A stretch of DNA of 64,000 nt from Neophaeotheca triangularis (taxonomy: Eukaryota), in assembly GCA_054600435.1 (NCBI GenBank), contig BAAIJX010000074.1, forward strand, positions 1 through 64,000. The letters run 5' to 3'. Under the pieces are notes generated by a model that was not told where the DNA came from, did not search any database, and was given only the letters and a program-made list of their open reading frames with translations. Shown here one piece after another: positions 1 to 12,709 of the stretch; position 1 is the first letter of the stretch, and each line of letters starts with the position of its first letter. Made by a program: the position numbers and the translations under genes.

Positions 1-390
1 ATTAACATCGATAGGAGCAAGCTCCTTACCCTTATCGATGTCGGCGAAGTAACGGAACGCTAGCGTACCCTTATTAGACCTACTCTCCTCACTATTATTA
101 CCCTTAGCATACTTGCGTTTCGAGCCTATACCCTTAACGGCCGTAGCGCGCTTCGTACTAATACCCTCCGACTTTAAACCCTTCTTAGTAGACTTCGACT
201 CGTTAACTAGATCCTTTAACTCCTCCTCCGTGAAGCTACTAGCGGCGATCCGACGGTAGCCCTTAGTTATAAAGACTCCCTTAGCGATAATCGCCCTATC
301 TATAGTAAAGGTACCCTTACTATTAATAGCTATAGCGCTAATACTATAGTCGACTAGCGCCTTCGGACGCTTACTAATACGCGGAGGCAT
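1..390 (-). pseudogene. N-terminal 130 codons of an unknown Lys-rich ORF (MPPRISKRPKALVD...), probably the antisense accessory ORF of a + strand family-A Gypsy copy; runs off the window edge
   Basis: ATG at 390 and no stop through position 1 by manual translation. Lies ~700 bp upstream of a PPT+LTR on the + strand. Confidence 0.55.
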
Positions 391-1106
391 AATAGAACGG
401 CGGTAGAGCAATAAAGGCAGTGAATAAAGTTAGCGAAAAAGGGCGATAGCGAAGATCGCGAAAAAAGTAGTCGATAAAGAAGGGAAGAAGGTGTTAGAGG
501 TACGAGGAGCGCCTTTTTGTTAAACCGCGCTAGGTAAGGTTTTCGAAAGGTTACTAGAAGCAGGTAATAATAGGAAACTAGGTGAGGTTAGCTTTATTGT
601 CGAAGAATAATAGGAACCGTATACGGACTAACGGTAGCGCGTATATAAAGAACTAAAGTTCACTTACCGACAAAGAAGGTCACCTTGTTAAAAGGTAGAC
701 CGGTACGCCGAAGGGACTACGACGGAGTAGAGGCTATTATTATTGTTATAGTTAAAAGGAGGAAGTCTTCGAAAGAGAAGCGGCCGGCAGGTTATCTCCG
801 CGTAATCATAGCGTAATCACGCTAAGGCTCTACTAGTAGTCACCGCTCTACTAGATTACCGCCACGTGGCCGTTAATACCGCTTATCGCGACGATAACGC
901 ACCTCGCCGTAGCGAACTCAGGTTTAGGGTAAATTCACTCTAGGGACCCGACGGTACGACGGCGGTACGCGGTATCACTCTTTTCCTTAGTAAAGACACG
1001 GCCGAGGTTTTTAACGAGGATGCTAATATACGCGCTATAACGGGGTTTCGCATAACTATGCTTATAAGTGCTAGCTCGAGGACGAGCTACTAGAGAGGGA
1101 GGTAAT

Positions 1107-1329
1107 TGTCACGACCGCGGCGCTAGCGGGACATTAGCGGCCTAAGCTACGGAGTAGCTCGGGAGTACTAAGCATATACACTACAAAAGTATATAAGATA
1201 GCTAATAGTGAAGTCTCCTATCTGCTATCGAATAGTTTCTATATTAAAGGACTATTACTATTGTTACTATTATTACGCTCCGCCCTCGCTACGCCGTAAT
1301 CCCGACCGAGTCCTAGTCTCGGTCTTATA
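1107..1329 (+). repeat. 3' LTR (223 bp) of a + strand family-A Gypsy copy, preceded by a polypurine tract
   Basis: tgtcacgacc...ggtcttata (TG...CA end after RIP). Reverse complement of 19347-19569 and the same length. PPT gagagggaggtaat lies immediately 5'. Confidence 0.9.
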
Positions 1330-1332
1330 AAG

Positions 1333-1530
1333 ATGCGCTATAGGGACGACGCCGCTCCGTCGGCGGGAGAGAATGCGGAGAAGTCTATTAGTGCCGAGGA
1401 TTAGCTATAGGCTAATATTGCTAATGTTGCGAAGGAGTTAGACACTAGGGCTTAAGCGTTTATCTGATTATTTACATACTCTCTATAAGCGCTATTGTCC
1501 CGTCGCTAGCCCGTCCGTAGTAGCTATTAA
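1333..1530 (+). pseudogene. C-terminal fragment of an ORF antisense to element A pol
   Basis: MRYRDDAAPSAGENAEKSISAED*L*ANIANVAKELDTRA*AFI*LFTYSL*ALLSRR*PVRSSY*. Internal stops are reconstructable as Gln/Arg codons. Final TAA (1528-1530) abuts the apparent pol stop (1531-1533, minus strand). Confidence 0.5.
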
Positions 1531-3876
1531 TTAAGAAGCTTGTGTACTACGTCCTTTTCCTACAGTTTTCTTCTTTTTTCCTAGCTATATATTCTTAACA
1601 TTCTTCTTCTTCGGGCTTTATGTTTTCTTTCTACGCTTCTTTTTCGCGCTACCGTAGGTCCGCTAGTATTACTCGAAGTCTACTATCGCTTCTTTCGCGT
1701 TGTTTAGATACTTCTCTTTCTCCTAGGTACCCTCTTCTATCAGCTAATCTTTCTAAAGAACCTAGTACATCTTGTCGCTATCGTCGTCGAGACTAGATAC
1801 CGTTATTTCGTCGATAACCTATTCGCTACCTCTATCGACTTCTCGTTCCGCTAGCGGTATAAAGTCGGCGCGTTAGTAGTACGGTTCGAGGAGAGAGACA
1901 TAGAAGACATTATAGATCTTTCTAAGGTATAGAGGTAGGGCTAATTAGTATACTTGTTTTCCGACCCTTACTATAACTCGAAAGGGCCCTACATAACGCG
2001 AGGAGTACTTTTTAGTTAGTCTTAATGTTTTCAGGTTTTTCGCGGAAATAAGAACCTCGTCGTCGACACTAAATACTATAGGATCGTGTTTTCGGTCGTA
2101 GTATTCCGCCTACTTGCTAACTGCGTGCTAAATGTTCTCCTTAACGACTTCGCGAATTACTTTCTAGTTTTCGGTTCTTTCTTAGAGGTCGGGGATTGTC
2201 GGTTCGCTACCTCCCTCTCTAACGGCGTTATCTATAACGCCGCCGGGCTATTAGGGCTCCGCCCCGTAGATAGTAAAGAACAGCGACACTTTCGTCGATA
2301 CGCTTATACTATTATTATAGGCGAATTTAGCCTATACGAAGTAATAAGGCCAATCTGTTTAAGCAAAGTTAACAAAACATCGTAGATACTGTTCCATTAT
2401 TTAGTTTTGCCTCTCCGTCTATCCGTTAGACTAAGGGTAGTACACTGTCGATAACTTGCGCTCGGTTTTCTAATACCGAAGGAGCTCTATCTAAAATGTA
2501 GAGGTGAATATACTGCCTCTATTAGTTACAATCGATTTCGGCTTACTAAACTTAGTAAGAATTTCGTGCTCGAAAATATCGGCTAGTTAGCGGGCCCCTA
2601 TCGCTTCGCTAATAGGGATATACCTCGCAAACTTTAAGAAGCGGTTAACAATAACTAATACAGAATCGACTGTTTTACCCTTATATGTCTCTACGATAGG
2701 CAACTTAACCACTATGTCTATAGACTAATGCTTAAAGATCTTATTAGTACCCGGAACCCTTAGCGATTATAATGCGCCGTAGGGCCGGTAGTAGCGCGAC
2801 TTGTGTCTTTAGTAGGTGTCACACCTAAGGACATACTCTTCGACATCCTTAGTCTACTTAGACTACTAAAACTCCTTGTGGAAAACGGCTTTAGTCTTCC
2901 CTACTCCCGGGTATCCTACTAATAGGTCCTCGTAGTAGTAGCTTAGCACGGCGGCCCGTAGGCTTTCTACTAGTAGTATATACACCTTTCTATTAATCTT
3001 AAGAAGTCCCGTAAAACTAACCGACTATATAGGCGCGGCGCCGTTAGCGTCTCCGTAGTACTATCCCTCGTCGATCTCTTTACGAATATGTTTAGCAAAG
3101 GGGTCTCCCTACTATATACGTAACATATCCGCTCTAAGGTCAATTCGGTCTACCGCTACGTTAGGCTCTCTAATGTCTAGCTCGGTAATAGTAAGAATAC
3201 CTAGCTACTTACCTATAGGGTTATAATAGATTAGCGCTACTATAGCGACGGAGCTAGTCGGGTTTAGTTCACCTCCCCCTTAGAGCGTTCGCTTAGTATA
3301 CATAGTATCATTACTCTAAAGCTTATTATTTAGAGGACCGGTGTCTCCGGCAGCCATTATATAGCCCGCCGGCGAGGCGGCTAATGCCCGGTAGTTTACT
3401 AGCGCTATATACCCTAGCGATATAGATAGGATCTCTACTCTATCTTCGGCAGCCGTCATGTAGCTACTCGCCGGAACTTCGGCGGCCTTATATTAGCCCG
3501 CTAGGGGAGCGAAAAGCCTAGTTAGTATAGGTAGCATTTCCGCCCTACTTAATTCCCTATTAGCCTCTATGTTAGGACGGCGCGAGAGCCCGTCTGCTCT
3601 AGGGTTTGATTTACCTTTACAGTATATAATCTCGATATCGTATTACGATAGCTCTTCCGCGGCGCGCGCTTAGCGGCCCGACAATTTCTTTGTCGATAGG
3701 AAGTACTTTAGATTGTTATGATCTATAAGCACCTAAACTTTACTCTTAGCCGACAATATATAGTGCCGCTACTAGCGCGTTGCCTCGACGATAGCGAGTA
3801 GTTCCTAATCATGTACTAGATATCGCAACTCTAGCCCTTTAAGCTTCTTAGAGTAATATACGACCGGATACTATAG
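1531..3876 (-). pseudogene. Element A pol, 3' part (RNase H C-terminus, integrase, GPF motif, chromodomain)
   Basis: YYSKKLKG...ELLAIVEA...DHNNLKYF...ADGLSRRP (RNase H), YSSRYVGPFRV (~1975-2010), and chromodomain E*VIDEI...MY*VL*KD*...T*EKEKYLNNAKEAIVDFE (~1670-1830). Confidence 0.9.
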
Positions 3877-4248
3877 TGTCGAGCGGCGAGAGCACTCGAG
3901 TAGCTAGGAGACTAGTTTTTACTTAGAGAGGTATTATTCATAACGGTTATAAACAATGTAGCGGGATTAGGAATTAGGTGTAGTCGAGAATCAGGGATTG
4001 TTCGTAATAGTTACGAACAATGCGTTAGGGGTTAGAAATTAGTTAGGTCGGTTATAGTACACGAAGGCTAATTCAAGTAGTCGCAATTCATTCTATGTCT
4101 ATCTGTCTAGGTAGGTAGGTAAGTAGGTAGGTGTCTAAGATATAAGTGCTAGTATAGGGGGAGGTATAGGTATGTAAAGGGGGTAATGACAAAGCAAATA
4201 CCGTAAAACTAGCCTACCTATAAATGTAGTACGGGAGTCACTACGACA
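3877..4248 (-). repeat. Element B 3' LTR (372 bp)
   Basis: Direct repeat of 16129-16500 with an adjacent PPT; contains (taggt/aggt)n and two 27-bp palindromes. Confidence 0.96.
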
Positions 4249-4269
4249 TCCCTCCCTAGCTAGAAAGTC

Positions 4270-7200
4270 TTACCACTCTATAGCAGCTACGCTACCCTAA
4301 ACCACTATTAAGTTCTCCTTATCCTACATTTCCTCCGTAAGCTCCTCCTATCCTACCGGTATAGCTCCCCTCTTTCCTTTATCCTATAGCGGTAGAGCGG
4401 AGCTAGAACTTTCCGAACGGTAGAACGACTTGTTCTAAAACACCCTTTTCTCTTCGTCTCGCTAATATGTCTAGGCGAGCTCGTACGCCTTAATAGCATT
4501 ATCCCGGATTTCCTAAATGTACTTCCGGATATAACGCGGGCTCTCTATAGTAATAGTATGTAGTACTTACTAGACGTCGGGGCTCGTGTACCGCAATTCG
4601 CCGATAGCTACTCTAGACAAGGCATCCTATACTACTAGATGTAGGGTCGCGGGAAATGGTACACGAGGAGCTCTATACTTAGTAGTGTAACCGGAGGCAC
4701 TTAACGGGCTAGGCACGAAGTCGCGGTATGTAGTAGTAATGTCGCTCCACTTTCTACTAGCGGCATTCTAAAGGTACTTATGGTCTCGGTCGATTCCTAC
4801 GAACTAGGGTAGGACAGTTATACGTTAGCGAACGGCTTTTGACGTAGTAGTGCTATAGGGTAGGCATAGGTTAGAAACGCAAACTCCGAAGGCCTTATAA
4901 GGGACTAGCTACTATTTCAAACCCTAGGCTAAGAGCTAAGCTTTCGGTAGGTTTATGTCGTCGATAGCCATAATCTCTTTTTTATAGTCTAGGTTATTAG
5001 TAACGAGGAAGTCCGTCCACTCCTTTAGGCGTTAGTACATCCCCTTAACCACTATAGTATAGTCGTCCTTAAACTTATTAAGGATGCTAACGCTGCCCTA
5101 AATAGTGTACATACCGGTACCGTTATTCTATATAAACACCGGGTTCAAATCGATATGCCTAAATCTAGTAGAGTCCCTAGGGTACTAGTTCTTAGTGTAA
5201 TATGGGTAGGACACTAGCTAAAGCAAGCCGTTATCGCGTAAGAGAGCATATAGTAGGATTAGTACCGGGCTCTAGCGAAGGTACTATTGAATCAGGCTAT
5301 AGTACATGTTCCTATACTAGCCCCGGTTAGACATGTTGTTTTGTAGGTAGGCGTCGTACATACTAAACTCGCTTTTAATCAGGTCCTTAACCTCTAGTAG
5401 CTTAGGGAATAAATCCGGAATGTTAATAGTACCGTTCCTTTCCTATTCTTTACGCTAGGCGACCGTGATGCCGAGTCCTTCCGCAATCCTCGCTTTCTAG
5501 TTATTGTCGAGGTAGTATATCACGCCGGACTTAACCGGTTTATACGCGAAAGTCTCTAGGTCATTAACGTCGGCCGAGATCCCTAGTAGGCGTTAGACTT
5601 CGGTGTTTAGAAACCAGCGGATACTACTACGAACGACGTTTTTCTAGGATTGCTTTAGGAGTTTCGCGATGTAGAAGATGTAGTCGTTAGTCGTCTTCGC
5701 ATCTTTCCCTTAGATAACTAGCCTAAGACTCTACGCTACTAGTCTCCGGTAGGTCGCGCACATACTATAGTAGTAGGTACTATAGCTAGTACATAACTCT
5801 ATGCGATCCCTATCTTCTATAGTAATGCGGAAACTAGTTCGCTAGTCGTTATCGGCTCTAAGCATGACCCGTAACTATAGTAGGGCTATCTTGTCTACCT
5901 CATAAGTGTATCGGCCGCCGCGTAGACTACCGTATACGGCATTGCTAGCAAACTAGGCCTCTATGACTACTTAGATCTCCTCTAGCTTCGGAGAGGGTAA
6001 CTCGCTAAGCCGGGGTCCTCGTACTACTTACGTTAGGGCCGTACCCGGGGGCGTAGCTAACATGCCCGGGGACGGAGCTAACGTTCCTACACTAGCAGAC
6101 CGGGTATAAGTGCGAGTACGAAGGGCTAAGGTAGTAGACATAGGCGTAGGCAAGGGCTACATTAGCTAGTAATACCCCTAGAGCTAGCGACGAAGCTCCT
6201 CCGACGTAGACACTAGAGATACTACATCCTCCTTAATTATAGGCATTAGTAGCATACTAGTGTTTCGAGATCGCGGCTGTCCTATAGGGCTCGGGGAGAC
6301 GGTGCTAACGAAGCGCCCTTCTCGTCATAGGGTCTCTAGGGCTTTAGGTGTCGTTAGGGCTATAGGACGGGTAAGGAAAGAGAGCTAGCCATCCTGTCCT
6401 CGGTATAGGACGCGATCATTCGGGCGCATCTTTTTGTATTTTTCGATTAGTTCCCCTACTATGTCCTATAGCTCGTCGGTAGTCTACTTAGTCGCAAACT
6501 TAGATATCTAGTCTATACCTACCGCGTAATTAAAGTCGGCCTTAGTGTAGAAGAACGTATAGAGTGGTTTCCCTTTCCTACTAGTCGGTTAACCTATAGG
6601 AGTTTCCTTGACAAGCCTACGCATAAGCTAGATACTAGCGGTAGCACGTAGCTTCCGGAACGTCTACTTAGATGTCTAGGCATATTTAGCGAGGTCGACA
6701 AATCCCTAGGACACATTCTCTAGAGCTATAAAGATACGGTCAATAGTTTCTAAAGCGACGGCTTTAGCAGCATTAACTAGCCCGTATAAAGAGAGGAAGT
6801 TCTCCTTTCGAGTAATACGCGGGTCGCGACGGCTACAGGTAGCTATGTCTTTAACCTTCCTAAACTTAGCTCTTTTTAGGGCCTACATAGGGTCGCTTCG
6901 CGCGTAGTTATCTACTATGTATACTAACATGTCCTAGTCTTCGCCGGCTTTATATACTATCTTAAGTATAGCGAGCTACGTAGCGTCTCGGGCGCGTAGG
7001 TCGGTTATAGCAGTTATCTTTTACAGTATCTCCTTCATAGTGTTTTTAAGCCGTATACTAGAAAAGCTTAAGGTGTATCGCTACGTGTCGAGTATAGGAG
7101 CTCCCTAGTCGTTAGTTGCTCCCTAGTTTTAGTAGACGCTCGTATCGGTAGACCTCGCTATTATAGTGGTGTCGGGCGTAGGCGCGGTTATAGTTATAGG

Positions 7201-7353
7201 CGCAGCCGAGGCAGTAGTAGGGCATGTAGTAGCCTAGCTACTACGAGTAAGGCGAGGGCTTTTAGGAGCTACTAGTTTATTCGAACTACCTAATCCGGAG
7301 CCGGCTTAGGAACTCGCCCGTAGGTGCTTCGGAGTAGACTCCTTAGGTACTAT
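4270..7353 (-). pseudogene. Element B ORF3: ~1027-aa protein with a C-terminal PhyH-like Fe(II)/2-oxoglutarate dioxygenase domain
   Basis: RIPed start (ATA at 7353), His codon at 5157 and TAA at 4272-4270 share one frame. Motifs: LVSYPYYTK..GDSTRFRHIDLNP..I*GSVSIL(D)..DDYTIVVKGMY..LP(Y<-H)(S<-G)..R*RITVLP*FVG, i.e. HxD...H...R. Confidence 0.8.
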
Positions 7354-7832
7354 GGTTAGTAATCTTAATCTTAACTATAGAAAAGAGAGAAAGAGAGAGA
7401 TGTGAAAGTAAGGAGAAGAAGGAAAGTAGAGTTAGTTACTCGGTATGTTACTAAGATGTGTCGGTGTCGGTATTAGTGTTAAAGTGAAAAGGTGTCGGCA
7501 AAGTCGTAGGTTTAGGAGAATGTGAAGTAAGGAAGTAGGTATAGGCACTAAAGGACGGAGGTGTCGGAGTAGTAGGTACTAGAGATATCGACTAGGTTAA
7601 AGAGGTCGTAAAGGTCGGAGGGAGTAGCTGCTTTAAGGCTTATCTAGAAGTAAAGCTGAACTACTCGAAGGTTCTCGTAGTAGTGCTAATAACAGCTAGT
7701 TAGCCGGGTGTAGTATAGTTAGTGTTAATGATGTCTCGGTGTGAGAAAGAGAAGAAGGAGTAGTAGTAGTAGTAGTGGTTGCTATTAGAGAGGGAGGAGA
7801 GGTAGAGGGAGTAGAGCGGAAGAGGAGGCCTC

Positions 7833-7839
7833 TTTTATA
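7833..7839 (-). promoter_or_regulatory. Candidate TATA box (TATAAAA) of ORF3
   Basis: Followed on the minus strand by pyrimidine-rich tracts typical of fungal 5' leaders; ~480 bp upstream of the ORF3 start. Confidence 0.5.
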
Positions 7840-7970
7840 GGTAGCTATGTTAGCTAGCGGAGCACGTGTCGACTACGTGTTACTAACTTAAGCACTAGTG
7901 ATACGAGTAGTGACTATACGTTGTTAGCCGACATGTAGCATGTAACACTAAAGTGTTATAGAGGTAAAGG

Positions 7971-8217
7971 CATTGTTTACAACGGTTGCGAACAATGTAA
8001 CGAGCTTAGCGTGTATTACTAAGGCGTCATAAGGTAACGGGTGACATTGTTTATAACGGATATGAACAATATAATATAGCTACGGCAAATAACACTACAC
8101 TATTAGGTAATAGGAGGCATTATTTATAACAGTTATGAACAATGCGACGAGCCTCGTCTATACTACTAGGAGTCGCGGTGTCGGGCCTAGCATTATTCAT
8201 AACAGTTACGAACAATG
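7971..8217. repeat. Array of four 27-bp palindromes (consensus CATTGTTCRYAAC-N-GTTRYGAACAATG) with 46-47-bp spacers
   Basis: Copies start at 7971, 8045, 8118 and 8191 (periods 74, 73, 73). Confidence 0.9.
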
Positions 8218-11200
8218 TAGTAACACTAATCTCTATTAGAATCTAGGTCCCTAAATTGCTCGTACTCTATCGGGTCGTACCGAATACTAGGAATCGAGAC
8301 GAAACCAGTACTACTCCGTCTCGGTACTAGCGTAGTATCGGTAGGTTATAACCGCTAGCTCCTACGAGGCCCTTCCTATACAGCCGGGACGATATCCTTA
8401 GGGTTAGACGCGTTACCCCTAGACATCGAGTACTACTCTTCCGCTAGGTCTACGTCGTCTTCGTCTTATATCGCGAGTACATTAGGCCTTAGATAGAACA
8501 GTTTTAATAGTCGACTAGCATGTAGCTTATCTAGTACTGTCCCGTTAAGCTCCTTAAGACGGTACGAGTCTATATTCTCCTAGACGGTTTTAATACGATA
8601 CGGACCGAGCTAGCGAGGGGCGAATTTGCGGTTTGCCGTTATATTAGTATTACGAACCGAGTCGAATAGTAACACTAGATCACCGACATTTAACTCCTCT
8701 AGCCTCGTCTAATGAGTCTTATCGAAGTACTCCTTGTTAAACTCGCGGTAGCGCTATAAGCGTAGAAGGGCTTCGTCTATCTTCTTATCCTAACGTTCGA
8801 GCTACTTTATCCGCGCTACTAGTAGGTCTTCCGTCGTTTAAACGCCGTTCTAGTTAATGTTGTGCTAGGTCGGGAATAACAACTCTACCGGTAGGATAGG
8901 CTCCCTACTATAGATTACTACTACTAGAGTTATACTAGTAGTAGCTCGTACGGTAGTCCTATTAGCCTAGAGCGCGCTATAGAGTAGGTCTGGCCACGGT
9001 CGTCCGGTATCTCGACTCGCTTTAGCTAACGTATTAACGATAGTCGGGTAGCCTCCTTCTACTATACTATTAGCTTAGGGGTAATACGGCGAGATCGTGA
9101 TGTCTTAGATACCGTATCCTTCGAGTAGGACGGTAGTCTACCCTTAGTTCTCTAGGCCTCTATCGTGGACTAGTTTCCCGAATACTCCGTGTCGAGTAAC
9201 GATATCCTCGTAAAGGAAGCGAGCTAGCCCGCGGCTCTCGGTGTTACGTAGTGGTCGGCCTTCTACCTAGCCGGACACGTCTTCCCGGGTAAGGGTAATG
9301 TACTAGAAAGTACGGGATTCCGGCATTCGTACTAGGTCGACGGCCTACTTCCTACCTACTACGTTTATGTAGGTAGGGTGTAGTGGTTCTTCTAATTGGT
9401 TCCGTGCGCGTAGCTAACACTCCCGGCAGGTTTTGACATACGCTGTAACAGTATTATATATACCTTCCTACTAGTACCTGTCTACTACTTTCCGGTATGT
9501 CCCTTCTCTTCCGTAGTAACTACCCTTATCGTGAAGTTCCTTTATTATTCGTAGTCGGTTCTACTCTCCGTCTACTACGCGAGTTAATAGCTAGTTCCTA
9601 TTTATATAGCGAAATAGTTAGTCGTTATAGACTAGGAATCGCATTGCTTGTCGCTTAAATGCCCGGAACTCCGATTTAGATAGGTCTACGGGCCTTCGTA
9701 TAGTCGTGAGCTAGCGGGCGACATTTTACGAGTGCTTAGAGTAGGTAGAGTCGAGCACATTATCGTCGGCAGGTTCCCCCTCCCTATTAGAAGGAGTCGA
9801 AGCTCCGTCTTCGCCGCTCGCGGGCGTTAGGCCCTATACTAGGAGTAACCCTACTATATAGGTAGATCTTCGATTCTCGCCGACTATAGGCGTTAGGCCT
9901 AGTGTCGGGGGCAGCCCTAACGCTAAGGTCGGCGGTCTCTTTCTACTAATAGTAGGCGTTAGGCCTAGTTCTAGGGGTAGCCCTAACGAAATGCTGTCGA
10001 GATAGACGTTAACCTAGTTATCGATGTCTTTAGTATTAGCCGGCCCATTAGACTTCCGGGACAGGCCGTTAGCGATAACGTTTTTCGTACTAGCGACGTG
10101 TCGCACGTCGAAATCAAATAGTTAAATCTAAGCTAGCTAGCGAGTTACTATAGTATTCGGTACGTCCGAGGCAACCTTATTAAGCTAGGCAACTAGCGTA
10201 TTAGCGTCTGTTTCGACTATAAACCTCGCTCCGTAAAGGTATAGCCGTAACCTTTTAAGAGCGATCATTAAAGCCTAGTACTCGAGCTTAACAGCATCGT
10301 ATTTCTGCTCGCTCTTATTCTAGAGACCGCTATCGTACCGGATAACTCGTCTTTTTACGCTAGCGACTTCTTATTATAAGTAAAGTCCCTAGCCGGTACT
10401 ACATATATCGACCATAAGAACTAGTTAGCCTATGTTTACGCCGTATTTAACTAGGGCCACGATCGGGAATTTCATTAGCTACTCTTTTAGGTCCGCTATT
10501 ACCGCGGCTTATTTCGGTCCCTAGATAAAGGGCATATCTTTCCATATAAGTGTAATAATAGGTCTCGCACGCTATATAAATCCCTAGATCAACTACTTAT
10601 AGTACGTACACATTCTAATAAAGCCACGAGCTTTACGCAATGTGCGACACTTAGTCTACTCGGCGATAGCTTTAACCTTTAAACGCGATAGTTTCGTACT
10701 ATTAGGCATGTACATAAAGCCGACAACCTTAAGCTCCTCGGAAAGGAAGTGCGATTTCCCTATAGCGACAGTACATCTAGCTCGCTCTATGTCTACGAGC
10801 AGCTAGTCTAGTTTCCGGATATAGTTATAGACCGGGAGCCGGATACCGGGTAAAGGGTTAGGGTCGCCCTAGGAGTCACTACGGTTACTAATAGCGATAA
10901 TGTCGTCAACGTACGGGACGGCGTTATGTAGATATAGCACCATGAGTATCTACATTATGACTCGACAAAAGATAGCTACTAAGTTTGTCTAGCCTATTAG
11001 TAGTATTGTCTGCCTTAGGAGCCCTAATAGAGTCATGATAGCCGTCATGTCCCGGCTTTCTTCGTGTAAACGGATTTCGTCATACCTAGAGAAGACGTTA
11101 TATAGCGAGAGGAGCGGTCTACCCGTAACATGATAGACGAAGCTCGCGAGGTCTAGTAGCATTATAGCGTCTCGAACTATAACCGAATTCAGAATAGTAG

Positions 11201-11893
11201 CCGAGTTAATTAGCCTATGTTTGCTATTCTTCTTTTTAACTAGAAACTAAGGATTCCGGTATTGCCCTTAGCTATACTTAAGGACACTAGCTTTTAGTCG
11301 GTCTTCTAACATCTCGACGAGCTCCCTAGATAAAGCTTTTAGCACGGGATATGTCTTGGCCTACTAGGCTTTATAGGGTACCGTTCTTATCTTAACCGGA
11401 GGGCATATGTCTTTATAGATCATGCCATACTCCTTAAAGTCCTACATAAGGGCCGGCTTACGGGCTATTAATATCGCTTCGAATAGCTAACGTTCTTCTA
11501 GTAAGAGCGTGATGTTAACTATTACTCCCGCTATTCGTTCTAGGGTTAATCTATAGCCCCTTAGCTCCCGTGTATATCGCGGTTCGAAGTAGCTATTATA
11601 CTCGGAGTAAGCGATAAGATCTTTTAGCATGCTTTTAATCTAGCGCTCTATAGCTTTCTTTCGCTAATCTAACTGTCTACTAGGAATCTTAGAGGGGATA
11701 GCACTTAAGTCGTCGATAGGCACTACCTTATCTACCTTCCGTTTAGCTATAGTCATAACACCGCAATTCTCCTTTAGCGGTAAGGTAGGGTTAGAGGCGA
11801 GCGCTATAAGTTCTAAAGGTTTTACACTCTACGAGAGCTTTATACTATCTACTATTATGCTTAACCTCTATACGTAGGAGACCCTACCTAGGG

Positions 11894-12070
11894 CATTGTT
11901 CGTAGCGGTTACGAATAATGCTCGGGTACTAGTCGAGGAGTTAGCGGAGCGTCCGGGTATTACGTGACTAGAGGGATTATTCGTAGTAGTTGCGAACAAT
12001 ACTCGGGTCATCGTAGTGTTATCGGTCGCTTCGTGAAAGGCAGGATTGTTCGTAGTAGTTATGAACAATG
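11894..12070. repeat. Three in-frame copies of the same 27-bp palindrome between protease and RT
   Basis: Starts at 11894, 11975 and 12044 (periods 81 and 69, both multiples of 3). Read as LFxTxTNN repeats in ORF 11868..12068. Confidence 0.88.
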
Positions 12071-12709
12071 ATTTGCTTAGTTCTTAGTAGGTATCGGCGG
12101 TAGTAATCGAACCTACTTGTCCGCCCTACCTTTTAACGAATGAATAGAGGACGCGCTCCGATCTACACGTACCGTATACATACCGACACCATTAAGGGAG
12201 AAATGGTCTCTAGCCTTAGAATCTAAGCCCACTAGTCGACGAATCCCTATACTAGGAATAAAGTCTATAGTCGCCGAGCTATCCTCGCTAGTGACCTGGC
12301 AGGTAACTTTGCCTAACGGATTCCTCCGAACTTCGAGGGAAGCGCGATAGGCATATAGCTCTCCGAGGATATAGGGTTTCGATAACTACTCTACTACTAG
12401 TATTAGTATGCGAATGACGACCTAGCCGACCTAAACGGGCGCGTTAGGAACCTACCTAATAAAGATGACTACATCTCCGTTTACTACTGTAATACCCGGA
12501 CTAATAGAAGATGGCAACCTCGTAATTAGTAGTCGAGCGCGTTTAGCCACGTCTCTTATCATGACATTAATATCCGTGCTAGAGTCGAGGAGTATAGTTA
12601 CGTTAGTCTTCCCGATCCTTATCTCGTAGACTAGGGAGTCGTTACGATAAACTAGGTCCTCTCCCATAAGATCGTCGACGTCACGGGCGGTTATATAGAA
12701 CAACGTAGT

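Noticed and set aside
2086..2385. Plus-strand ORFs in the RIP block (also 18160..18363)
   Set aside because: Antisense shadows of integrase and gag with no independent support.
7971..8217. CRISPR array (palindromic repeat with regular spacers)
   Set aside because: Eukaryotic retrotransposon context with no cas genes. Spacers 1 and 3 resemble each other, and the motif recurs in the LTRs and pol.
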